Origin: the human T2T-CHM13v2.0 reference genome, Homo sapiens
DNA length: 64,000 nucleotides
Assembly (NCBI RefSeq): GCF_009914755.1
Contig: NC_060935.1
Reading direction: 5' to 3' (one strand)
In this document: one piece after another, positions 26,825 through 38,794 of the stretch
How positions within the stretch are numbered: the stretch's first letter is position 1
Layout of the letters: every line of letters starts with the position of its first letter
Notes under the pieces: generated by a model
Database searches by the model: none
Told to the model about the DNA's origin: nothing
What the model saw: only the letters and a program-made list of their open reading frames with translations
Position numbers and translations under genes: made by a program

Positions 26825-27035
26825 TTAGTTGCTGGTTTGCAAACTTGACTGTGCAGAGAAGCCCCTGAGGGGTTGCAAATTTGACTGTGCAGAGAAGCCA
26901 CAGATCCTGGGCTCCAACTCTAGAGTTTTCTGATTCAGCAGGTTTGGGGTGGGGCTGAGAATTTGTATTTCTAACAGGTTCCAAGATGATGCTTTTGCTG
27001 CTGGTCCAGGGACCTCACTTTGAGGAGTGCTGGTT
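26825..27035. mobile_element. MER5A-type DNA transposon within a MIR
   Basis: ttctgattcagcaggtttggggtggggctgagaatttgtatttctaacaggttcc...gacctcactttgag. Confidence 0.75.
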
Positions 27036-27225
27036 GTTATGAGTCTGGTTGTTAAGTGCTGGTTGTTTGTTGTTAAAGTAGAGAAAACCCCTAGCACAGT
27101 GCTTGGCACACACTAAAGCCATCATAAACCATAGTGATCATCAATGATGGTGCTCAGTAAGGATGATGATCTGATGCCTGAGTCACTGCAATCTTTCTGA
27201 TATGGTACATTTTTTAAATTATTAG

Positions 27226-27430
27226 GTGTGGGCAGAAGAAAAAGCTAGTGATCAACAGTGGCAATGGAGCTGTGGAGGACAGAAAGCCAAGTGGACTCAA
27301 CGGAGAGGCCAGCAAGTCTCAGGAAATGGTGCATTTGGTGAACAAGGAGTCGTCAGAAACTCCAGACCAGTTTATGACAGCTGATGAGACAAGGAACCTG
27401 CAGAATGTGGACATGAAGATTGGGGTGTAA
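27226..27430 (+). CDS. CD44: CD44 terminal exon, long cytoplasmic tail
   Basis: attattag|GTGTGGG...GTGTAA; translates [67 protein letters not shown] (ERM-binding basic motif, C-terminal PDZ-type KIGV). Confidence 0.99.
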
Positions 27431-28095
27431 CACCTACACCATTATCTTGGAAAGAAACAACCGTTGGAAACATAACCATTACAGGGAGCTGGGACACTTA
27501 ACAGATGCAATGTGCTACTGATTGTTTCATTGCGAATCTTTTTTAGCATAAAATTTTCTACTCTTTTTGTTTTTTGTGTTTTGTTCTTTAAAGTCAGGTC
27601 CAATTTGTAAAAACAGCATTGCTTTCTGAAATTAGGGCCCAATTAATAATCAGCAAGAATTTGATCGTTCCAGTTCCCACTTGGAGGCCTTTCATCCCTC
27701 GGGTGTGCTATGGATGGCTTCTAACAAAAACTACACATATGTATTCCTGATCGCCAACCTTTCCCCCACCAGCTAAGGACATTTCCCAGGGTTAATAGGG
27801 CCTGGTCCCTGGGAGGAAATTTGAATGGGTCCATTTTGCCCTTCCATAGCCTAATCCCTGGGCATTGTTTTCCACTGAGGTTGGGGGTTGGGGTGTACTA
27901 GTTACACATCTTCAACAGACCCCCTCTAGAAATTTTTCAGATGCTTCTGGGAGACACCCAAAGGGTGAAGCTATTTATCTGTAGTAAACTATTTATCTGT
28001 GTTTTTGAAATATTAAACCCTGGATCAGTCCTTTGATCAGTATAATTTTTTAAAGTTACTTTGTCAGAGGCACAAAAGGGTTTAAACTGATTCAT

Positions 28096-28101
28096 AATAA
28101 A
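28096..28101 (+). terminator. Proximal CD44 polyadenylation signal AATAAA
   Basis: Canonical hexamer followed by U/GU-rich sequence (cttttgtgctgtgattctt). Confidence 0.7.
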
Positions 28102-30462
28102 TATCTGTACTTCTTCGATCTTCACCTTTTGTGCTGTGATTCTTCAGTTTCTAAACCAGCACTGTCTGGGTCCCTACAATGTATCAGGAAGAGCTGAGAA
28201 TGGTAAGGAGACTCTTCTAAGTCTTCATCTCAGAGACCCTGAGTTCCCACTCAGACCCACTCAGCCAAATCTCATGGAAGACCAAGGAGGGCAGCACTGT
28301 TTTTGTTTTTTGTTTTTTGTTTTTTTTTTTTGACACTGTCCAAAGGTTTTCCATCCTGTCCTGGAATCAGAGTTGGAAGCTGAGGAGCTTCAGCCTCTTT
28401 TATGGTTTAATGGCCACCTGTTCTCTCCTGTGAAAGGCTTTGCAAAGTCACATTAAGTTTGCATGACCTGTTATCCCTGGGGCCCTATTTCATAGAGGCT
28501 GGCCCTATTAGTGATTTCCAAAAACAATATGGAAGTGCCTTTTGATGTCTTACAATAAGAGAAGAAGCCAATGGAAATGAAAGAGATTGGCAAAGGGGAA
28601 GGATGATGCCATGTAGATCCTGTTTGACATTTTTATGGCTGTATTTGTAAACTTAAACACACCAGTGTCTGTTCTTGATGCAGTTGCTATTTAGGATGAG
28701 TTAAGTGCCTGGGGAGTCCCTCAAAAGGTTAAAGGGATTCCCATCATTGGAATCTTATCACCAGATAGGCAAGTTTATGACCAAACAAGAGAGTACTGGC
28801 TTTATCCTCTAACCTCATATTTTCTCCCACTTGGCAAGTCCTTTGTGGCATTTATTCATCAGTCAGGGTGTCCGATTGGTCCTAGAACTTCCAAAGGCTG
28901 CTTGTCATAGAAGCCATTGCATCTATAAAGCAACGGCTCCTGTTAAATGGTATCTCCTTTCTGAGGCTCCTACTAAAAGTCATTTGTTACCTAAACTTAT
29001 GTGCTTAACAGGCAATGCTTCTCAGACCACAAAGCAGAAAGAAGAAGAAAAGCTCCTGACTAAATCAGGGCTGGGCTTAGACAGAGTTGATCTGTAGAAT
29101 ATCTTTAAAGGAGAGATGTCAACTTTCTGCACTATTCCCAGCCTCTGCTCCTCCCTGTCTACCCTCTCCCCTCCCTCTCTCCCTCCACTTCACCCCACAA
29201 TCTTGAAAAACTTCCTTTCTCTTCTGTGAACATCATTGGCCAGATCCATTTTCAGTGGTCTGGATTTCTTTTTATTTTCTTTTCAACTTGAAAGAAACTG
29301 GACATTAGGCCACTATGTGTTGTTACTGCCACTAGTGTTCAAGTGCCTCTTGTTTTCCCAGAGATTTCCTGGGTCTGCCAGAGGCCCAGACAGGCTCACT
29401 CAAGCTCTTTAACTGAAAAGCAACAAGCCACTCCAGGACAAGGTTCAAAATGGTTACAACAGCCTCTACCTGTCGCCCCAGGGAGAAAGGGGTAGTGATA
29501 CAAGTCTCATAGCCAGAGATGGTTTTCCACTCCTTCTAGATATTCCCAAAAAGAGGCTGAGACAGGAGGTTATTTTCAATTTTATTTTGGAATTAAATAC
29601 TTTTTTCCCTTTATTACTGTTGTAGTCCCTCACTTGGATATACCTCTGTTTTCACGATAGAAATAAGGGAGGTCTAGAGCTTCTATTCCTTGGCCATTGT
29701 CAACGGAGAGCTGGCCAAGTCTTCACAAACCCTTGCAACATTGCCTGAAGTTTATGGAATAAGATGTATTCTCACTCCCTTGATCTCAAGGGCGTAACTC
29801 TGGAAGCACAGCTTGACTACACGTCATTTTTACCAATGATTTTCAGGTGACCTGGGCTAAGTCATTTAAACTGGGTCTTTATAAAAGTAAAAGGCCAACA
29901 TTTAATTATTTTGCAAAGCAACCTAAGAGCTAAAGATGTAATTTTTCTTGCAATTGTAAATCTTTTGTGTCTCCTGAAGACTTCCCTTAAAATTAGCTCT
30001 GAGTGAAAAATCAAAAGAGACAAAAGACATCTTCGAATCCATATTTCAAGCCTGGTAGAATTGGCTTTTCTAGCAGAACCTTTCCAAAAGTTTTATATTG
30101 AGATTCATAACAACACCAAGAATTGATTTTGTAGCCAACATTCATTCAATACTGTTATATCAGAGGAGTAGGAGAGAGGAAACATTTGACTTATCTGGAA
30201 AAGCAAAATGTACTTAAGAATAAGAATAACATGGTCCATTCACCTTTATGTTATAGATATGTCTTTGTGTAAATCATTTGTTTTGAGTTTTCAAAGAATA
30301 GCCCATTGTTCATTCTTGTGCTGTACAATGACCACTGTTATTGTTACTTTGACTTTTCAGAGCACACCCTTCCTCTGGTTTTTGTATATTTATTGATGGA
30401 TCAATAATAATGAGGAAAGCATGATATGTATATTGCTGAGTTGAAAGCACTTATTGGAAAAT

Positions 30463-30482
30463 ATTAAAAGGCTAACATTAAA
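30463..30482 (+). terminator. Distal CD44 polyadenylation signals (ATTAAA x2)
   Basis: ATTAAA at 30463-30468 and 30477-30482. Confidence 0.75.
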
Positions 30483-31293
30483 AGACTAAAGGAAACAGAC
30501 TCAGAAGTCTCTAATTTAAAAGAATGGGAGGCTGAGAGGGACAGAACTATGCTTATCTGGCACCGTCTGGGTAATTTAGAGGAACAAAGTCAAAGGTATC
30601 TGAGGTGGCTGAAGCCTCACACTCATTTTATTTTTAAAAAAAGCAAAAACAAAATGGGTTTCCATCAACTTGAAAGTCTTCTTTTGGAGAAAATCTGGTT
30701 TTCTATGAGTGATGTGTGGTTCACATGTTTCAAACTAAGTGAGATACAGTGAAGTGTTAGTTCTTTTAAAGCCAAGAACTACTCCTGGACTTCCAGTTAA
30801 AGAGAGGAGAGTGTACATACCTTCATTCCCTCATGTAAGCCTCTAAAAAGAAAATAAAGAGATATTTCCAGACGGAATCAACCAGTGGAGTTAAAGAGAT
30901 TGGAAGAAGAGACAAGAGCAACAAAAACTTGAAGCTGAAAAGTGATAGCTGATTGGTAACTGAATGAACAAGTCTGGAAAAGCTGACTCCTAAGCCTGCA
31001 GTGTGGAAAATTGAGAAACAACCAGACTTATGTGACAGAACCATCAAAAGGCTCAATAGCTATTCTGGAAATGAATGGGAAGATGAGGCTAAGATTAGGG
31101 GGACAAGCTTAAAGTCTATGTAAGAAGCAGTTAGAACTCCAGGTCCCCTTCCTTACTCTGTGTAACTGAACACCGTCCTTTCCCAATCTCAGCAAAAGAC
31201 CAGAAGTTTATTTTCTGGAGACAGGGAAATAGAGAGTCTCTGGTTGAAGTCCAACAGCACGTACACAGTTGACATTAGAAATACCACACTGAG

Positions 31294-31640
31294 AGCCGGG
31301 CATGGTGATGCATGCCTGTAATCCTAGCACTTTGGGAGGTTGAGGAGGGCGGATTGCTTGAGCTCAGGAGCTTAGAGAATAGCCTGGGCAACATGGCAAA
31401 CCCTTGTCTCTATAAAAAATATAAAAATTAGCCAGGTATGGTGGTGTGTACCTGTGGTCCCAGCTACTCGGGAGGCTGAGTTGGGAGGATCATGTTTGAG
31501 CCTGGGAGGTCAAAGCTGCAGTGAGTTGAGATTGCTCCACTGCGCAGCAGCCTGGGTGAAGAGTGAGACCCTGAAAAAGAAAAGAAAGATAAGAAAAGAA
31601 AAGAAACAAGAAAAGAAAAGAAACAAAAAAAGAAAAGAAA
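31294..31640 (+). mobile_element. Alu (AluJ-like) with (AAAAG)n tail
   Basis: Alu body; degenerate TSD agaaataccacactga / agaaaggccatactga. Confidence 0.92.
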
Positions 31641-31949
31641 GGCCATACTGAAAAAGTGAAACCATGCTTAAAGAGTGTTGAGATTCCCTATCCTCCTCTC
31701 CCAGCTTGGCTCTCAGAATGCTGGGAGCTAGGCATATGTTCTCCAGGCAGAAGCTCAGTGTTGCTGGGGAATCTTATGAGCCTGAGAGAAAATTCTAAAA
31801 ATATTAACATGGTAGTTCCCCAAGGAAATGGCCCAAAAAAAGCGATCTGCAATGAAGATGGCATCTCAAGCCCCACCAGGCACCCAGAAAGCTCAGTCAG
31901 CTTTCTGTAGCTTACTCTCACACATGAGCTGTTACCAAGGAGCACCAGA

Positions 31950-32900
31950 CATTTGGAGAAAGCATCTAATATTAAAGTCAGGGACTACAAAAAACAGGAA
32001 AAAGTACCTTGACAGAAAAGAAACTGCTTAGAGAAGGAAACTTTTTCTAATAAAGGTCACCAATACTCTCAGTAAGATAAGAGGAGATGGTATATCTATA
32101 AAACAAAAACACAATGCCAGGATAAAAAGGAACATATAGAGAACACCTAAAAAAGAAGCTTTAAAAATGTAAACTTGAGAGCACAAATTTAAAAATAAAC
32201 CTCACAGAAGGTTTGCAAGATAAAGTTAAAGAAATACCCTCAGAAATACAGCAAAAGCAAATAAATGGAAACAGGGGGGAATACATTGGGAAGACTGGCA
32301 CCCAGTCCAGGAAATTTAACATGCAAATGCTGTAATCAAAGTCACAGGAAGAGAAAACAAATAGGAAGAAATCATCCAAGAAAAAAATCAAGAAAACTTC
32401 CCAGAACTTTAAAACATGAATATCTTGACTAAGGACAAGGTGAGTACTTAGTAAAATGAATAAAAACAGACCCACACTAATGCATATTATCTTAAAAATT
32501 CATGACACCTGGGGCAAAGAAATGATCCTATGAACATCTAGAAAGGAAAAATACATACATGGAGGATCAACAATCAGAATAGAATCAGATTTCTCAGTGG
32601 CCACATTGGAAGATAGAAGACCATGAAACAGGGCCTCAAAATACTGAAAGAATTATTTCCAAGCTAGAATTCTAACTTAGTTAAGCTGCAAATTAAGTAT
32701 AAGGATGGAATAAAGAGATTTTAGGTAATCATAGTCTCCAAACCTGCTCACCCATTCACAGGCAACTCCCAAAGGATGTACTCCATCAAAACAAGGGAGT
32801 TACCAAGAGAGGAGAGGACATGAGTTTCAGAAAACAAAGTAGAGGGAGTTCTTAAAATGATGATAAAGGGAGATCCCAAGATGACAGCTGTACAGCAGGT
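31950..32900 (+). mobile_element. Old L1M/HAL1-type ORF1 remnant
   Basis: A-rich strand with L1 ORF1-like motifs (caagaaaacttcccagaact; agacccacac; atcagatttctca...; ctagaattcta); may extend upstream to ~30800. Confidence 0.6.
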
Positions 32901-32994
32901 CTAGAGAACACTTAAAGTTGGAGTACTGACTAATAATTAAAACAATCAATGTTTTGCTTTTATTGACCTCTAATTAAAAAGAAAATTATTTTTT

Positions 32995-33500
32995 GTTGTA
33001 TTCATTAACTACTGATGCATTAAAAACTGTTCCAAAATTAGTCGCTTAAAATAACAAGCATGTATTTATTTCTTATGCATCCACCAGTTAACTGAGTACT
33101 TCTGCTGATCTTGGCAGGGCTCACTTGAGCATGACGGGACTCATGCATTTGTGTGTGTGATTAACAAACAGGTCAGCTAGAAGCTGTCTGATTTCGGACA
33201 GCTTCATCTGGGATGATTGGGGTCTTTTTCCATCTGACTCTTCCATGCCTCCAGCTGGCTGGTCCAGGCCTGACAGGGTTCCAAGTAAGAGCACATGCTC
33301 ACAGGTCCTCTTGAGGCCTAGGCTCAGAACTGGTGCTCTGTCATTCCACCATATTCTATTGACCAATCAAGTTACGAGAGCAGCCCAGATTTTAAAAGAA
33401 GGGAAATAGATTCTATCTCCTAATGGGAGAAGCTGCAAAGTCACACTGCAAAAAATATGGTTACAAAAAAGCCAATTATCAGGGCCAGTAGTGTGATCAA
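32995..33500 (-). mobile_element. MLT1-type MaLR LTR
   Basis: ccaaaattagtcgcttaaaataacaa...tcattccaccatattctattgacca...gggagaagctgcaaagtcaca. Confidence 0.65.
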
Positions 33501-36403
33501 GATCTACGATAGACATGTTGAAAGATTCTTGTGCTCAAGGGCACCTCTCATGTTTATGCTTAAAATACACTCACCATTTGAGCCATATTGGCAATGGCAT
33601 TAACTTAGAAAACCATGAACAACTTTATAAACCCCATGCTTATTGGAAAAGGAAGGAGCAAAGTCATGTGTAAATGTGTTTGGGAGATTGCTTGGTATGG
33701 TAGAAACAGCATGAGCTTTGGGATCAGACAAATTTTGGGTTTTAATACTGATTCTACCACTTACTTAACTGTGAAACTCTGTTCACACATCTTAAATATT
33801 TTGAGTCAGTAAAGAGACAGTAAAACCTTCATAGGGTGGCTATGAGGATTAAATTTAACAAGTACATGTCAGTGCTGGGGTATATTAGGTCCTCAAAAAT
33901 ATTAATTCCTACCTGCCATCACCCACATATGCACAGTAGGTACTTAACTTCTTCCTTCACCATTTCCTCCAATGTTCTGAACTCTAACCAACTTTTAAGT
34001 GTGAATTGCTATTAACTTACAGTGGCTGGAGACAGATTATTTCAGAATCTGAAGCTCCCCATGAAGAAAGCCCTTCAATTTTAGTTGAAAGGTTTTTGCT
34101 TTCAAAGCAAGGCTAACAAGCAGGGAGTCCAGGAAGCAAATAACTGGCATTCGTTGATTAAATCTTGGCCATCTAGGTTGTGGCTGTAGGTTAACCAAAG
34201 TTGGGCATCCACCCAAGGCTTTGATCGTCACCTCCAGGAAGTTGTCTTGCCCCACCCCTATCCAGGATGAGCTCATTTTCCCCTCTGTGGGTATAACTCT
34301 TACCTTGTCCATATGTCATTGTAGTTCTTACTTTGCAATTTCATTAATCCGCCCATGAACCTGTCTGTTCTACTATATGATGAGGTGTGAGGGTACGGAG
34401 AAATTCATTATGGTCCCCCAAACCAGGTAAGTAGAAAGTGGTAGAACCAGGGATAGAGCTCAGCTCTCTCCAAAGTCTCTGGCTTAACATGCCTGAATTG
34501 TCTATTGTCAGAAGTTTGGTAAACTGAATTTGCTGAAGTTAAGACATCATCTCCAAATGTTGCAAACCAGGTCAGTATTCCAGAGCTCCCTGTGCCTGGT
34601 GGAGCCAAAGGAGGCTTTCAGAAACCACTGAAAAGATTTGGGGATGAGTACACTCACCATTTAGACCACATTGGCAATGGAATTAATTTAGGAAACCATA
34701 AACAACTTCATAGATGCTGTGCTTATTGGAAAGGGAAGAATCAGTCATGTGTAAATGTGATTTTTGCTGTGATGCCCGGGGCAAAGGCTCAGTGGAGAAG
34801 AAAGTCTGGCTGGGCATCCTGGCCTCAAGCCCCATTTCTTGCCTGTGTTGACACCTGGTCTTGAACACCAGTAGTTTGCCTGTCAGGGCCGCCCATAACC
34901 CGGCTCCTCAATCCTGCCCCATTAGGCTTCCAGACTGCTGATCTCATTACGTGGTGACTACTGTTTTCCAGAAGTCTTGTCTAAACCACTTCCTCCTTCC
35001 TCTCTCCCGAAAGAGGAATAATAAACCTCAGAAGAGGAGGCTAAGGTTTAGCTTTTAAAAGGTGATATTTAAAACAAGACTCTCAGTTCAAATTCAACCT
35101 CTGCCATTTACTTATGTATAACCTTACACGAATTATTGAACAGTTCTGTGCCTCGGTTTCCTCATCGGTAAAGCAGGAATAATAATCTCTACCGGAAAGA
35201 ATGCTGGGGGGTTAAATGAGATAATATCTGTAAAATGATGGAATATAGTAGACGCATATAGGTTTCCTTCCCTCATTTCTGCTATCTTCATCACTTTTGT
35301 GTGAATACACAGTAGGGGTCTAGAAAGAATATGAACCATGATTTGGGAGAAGTCAGAGGTGTTCCAAAAATTTCTGAACCTCTCCCAAACCCTTTTAAGC
35401 ACTGGGGTCTGAAAAGCCTACCCTCTCCCACCCTAAGATTTCCAAATAGTATCAAAAAGAAGAAGAGATTCCCACTCCTGTTTTCTGGGGAAGGGTGGAA
35501 TATGCAGGTTTATTATTGCCAACATCTATAACACAAAGGCTCTGCCAGAGCCAACCTTCAAGGTGACCCCTAGATAGGGAGAGAGAAGAAATGAGATTGA
35601 AATTTCAAGGGCCTAGCTCTGGAGATTCTGAAGATCCTTGACCTTGGGAACTCACCCATGCAGAAGTGGAGAGACAGGTTTTCAATAATAAAGGCTAAGG
35701 GCTTCAAATTTCAGCTTGGGTTACTAGAGTTCAGTGAGAGCTTTACTTTTTATTTTCGCCTCTTCTAGGATTCTTTAAATCTCATTAAGAAATGAAGAGA
35801 GAAATGTGAAGAAAAGCTGTCAGAGGGGTAAACTGTCAGAGGGATGCAAAGAAGAGTAAGATTTCAAACAATTGTTCTGAAAGAAAATTAGTAGCTATTT
35901 AATAAGGACTGTCTATGCATATAGCAGATATTTAAATCATAATAAGTATAAAGTAACCTCAAAAGCGTCTCAATAAGGACAGCATCTCTCTTCCAAACCT
36001 CAATGGGTTTTGCTGGCTGCACTTCCAGGGCAAGTTGTCTTGGCCACACTTTACTTCTCTTCCACTCTCTCAATCCCTTTCACTGGGCTTGGAGGCACAG
36101 CAACTCAGAACTACAAAGTCTGGTCTGGGCAGCAGAGTCATTGGCTGCGCTGTACTCTCCCTCAGGGCAGTGGCAAGCTGGGACCTCTCTCAATAGGCAA
36201 GGGACCTCCGACTCCCTGTTTTAGATCACTTCCCCCTTGGACAAAATTTAGACCTTTGTGTAAAAGCTGACTGAGAAAAGTGCAATGTGTTCATCTGTCA
36301 AGCCAAGGATGAGAGTAATGAAAATTTTCCCATCAAGTTTCACGTCCTTTGCAGAAACTTCGTTTTCAACCATCTTGTTGGCCTTCTCTGGCCTGTTGAT
36401 AAT

Positions 36404-36417
36404 GCGCCCCCTAGTGG
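36404..36417 (-). promoter_or_regulatory. CTCF core motif
   Basis: Minus strand reads CCACTAGGGGGCGC, matching the CTCF core consensus; locally retained CpGs. Confidence 0.75.
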
Positions 36418-38252
36418 ATGCTTTACAACATCCCCTTTGTCTTCGTAGAAACTGAGTCCTTCCGCCTGACTTCAGTTCTCGAATCCTCAACGTAAAACCA
36501 GAAAGAAGAGGGTGAAGGTGGGCATCCTTGCACTCAAGGCTTAGTGGGGAGTGGGAATGGGAATGGAACTGGGTTGCCTGAGTTGGGACAAACGGTTGGG
36601 GAATAACTGATGGTCCACGTTTTCTTTTTAAACTACATTTTGTGTTTTGAAAAGGATTTATAGATCATGAAAAGAAGGAAACATTCATTAGTTGCAATTT
36701 AAACGTCATTTACTGAATATCTACTATATGCCAGGCATTGCGCCATTGCTGCGCTACAGATCCTTGTCTGAAGGACACAGATAATTGTAGCCAAGAACCT
36801 GCTATGACAGAGGGATAGATAGAATATTGATCTATAATGGCTGAAATTGAGCATTTGCTATCTACTTGGGCACTGTCTTAAGCATGTTGCATGTGTTAAC
36901 TAAATTAAGTTATTTAACCTCTCTGTGGTTTAACAGGTAATCGTAGAACATAGCTTACAGAGTTATCAGAACTAAACAAGATAATACCTGAAAGATCTTA
37001 AAACAGTGCCTGGTACAGACATGCTAAAATAAGAAAACGGAAATGATACTCTGCACAACCTTGTGAGATGAAGTACCATATTATGTTGCATCTACAGATG
37101 GGGAAACTAAGGCAGAGGAAGCATAGTCACTCTGCTAGTAACTGGCAGAGCAGTCTGCCAATGTAAACAGCCCAGACCTAGAACATGCTCTCTTAACTCC
37201 TATGCCACACTGCTTCTGCCTGAACATACTGACTCTTTTAACAGGAATAGTTTTCATTTCAGTTCTTAAAGAAGGCTGGCATCAAAATTAGTGAGCTATT
37301 AAACAAGTGTCAAAATTATTGGGGACTGTAAATCACTTTATGTCTATTAGTTGATTCTAAGTGTGGCACAGATTACTTGTTCATTTGATGTTTGAGGAAA
37401 AGTTTAATAATATGCCAAACTTTGGTTCTCAGTTTTCATTTACAAAGAAGCTCTTGGCTAAAGAAATTTCCTAAAATAATCTAGGACTACTCAAACAAGA
37501 GACTGGCTTATTTTCTGCCTTTTATTGTTCCTTAAAAAGAATTCAACATTAAAAATACAAAAGTAATTGTCTACTTCATTTCTATAGAAAGGTAGACAAT
37601 AAGACATCCATTTTCTAGAAAATTCTTTATTCCCAGAAATTTTATGCTGGAAATGTTTTCTGTTCCAAAAAATATCATCTAATCTCGTTGATGAACCACA
37701 CAAAGGGATTACATTTTAAGTCTTATCATTGTGACTGAATGAACTGAGACTTCCCCTCTGCCTCCAGGGTTTAGGGAAGTACGACTTGGACAAGATATTC
37801 TTTATTGTCAAATAACAATGAGGTGTCTGATAAACTATCTCAGAGGCAAGGTGGGAGAATGCTCTTTTAGCATAATAAGTCCAGGGTATTTAATTCTGCT
37901 AGTAAGAGTGTCAAAATGAGTAGAAGAAAATGGTTTATGTCATACAGGTTAGAACAGAGAGTTTCTGAAAGAAATTAATCCTGGAGGTGGTGAGATGTGC
38001 TTGATTTTAGGTAACCCAGGGGAAACCCAATGTGGTAGTATCTTTTTGATGCTGCCCGCCACTCCCCTCTCCACCCCCGCCTCCCCACCGCCAAGCTCCC
38101 AGAGACAAGCTCTCACCCTTGTGGACTCAAGTTATCCCTTCTCCCAGTGGAGCAACTATCACTTGAAGGAGGACAAAAGCAGTTGGCATCCAACGTGGAA
38201 GGCTAGGAAAGCTGAGGGGACCGAAAAAGCTGAGACAGGCATGAGCTGGTTA

Positions 38253-38391
38253 CAGAGGCTCTTGGACTTACAATGGGGCCATATTCCTATAACACATCAT
38301 AAGAAGTCAAGAATGCATTTAATACTGGCATAAGCCCATCATAAAGTCAAAAAAATTTAAGTCAAACCATCATTAAGTTGGAGGCTATCTG
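38253..38391. mobile_element. Tigger4/MER46-type TcMar MITE
   Basis: TA-flanked element with degenerate inverted termini (cagaggctcttggacttacaatgg ... ccatcattaagttggaggctatctg). Confidence 0.65.
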
Positions 38392-38500
38392 TATTTCTGT
38401 GGGAAGGGGTTGTGGTTATAAGGAGAAAGGGAAGGTTGTGGGGACGCCAGAGATAGATGGGGTTAAAGGAAGAAAGATGAGGGACAAGAATTAAAAGAAG

Positions 38501-38794
38501 GGATGGACACGGCGGCTCACACCTATAATCCCAACACTCTGGGAGGCCGAGGCAGGTGGATTACTTGAGGCGAGGAGTTCGAGACCAGCCTGGCAAACAT
38601 GGCAAAACACCATCTCCACTAAATATACAAAAACTAGCTAGGCATGGTGGTGCACATCTGTATTTCCAGCGACTTGGGAGGCTGAGGCACGAGAATTGCT
38701 TGAAGCTGGAATGCGGAGCTTGCAGTGAGCGAGATTGCGCCACTTAACTCCAGCCTGGGCAACAGAGCAAGACTGTCTCAAAAAAAAAAAAAAA
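38501..38794 (+). mobile_element. Alu (AluS-like)
   Basis: Full Alu with polyA tail. Confidence 0.93.

Larger units (their letters stand above)
27431..30499 (+). other. CD44: CD44 3'UTR (longest form)
   Basis: Sequence after the stop with no recognisable interspersed repeat, ending just after tandem ATTAAA signals; end matches my recollection of the CD44 mRNA. Confidence 0.85.
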
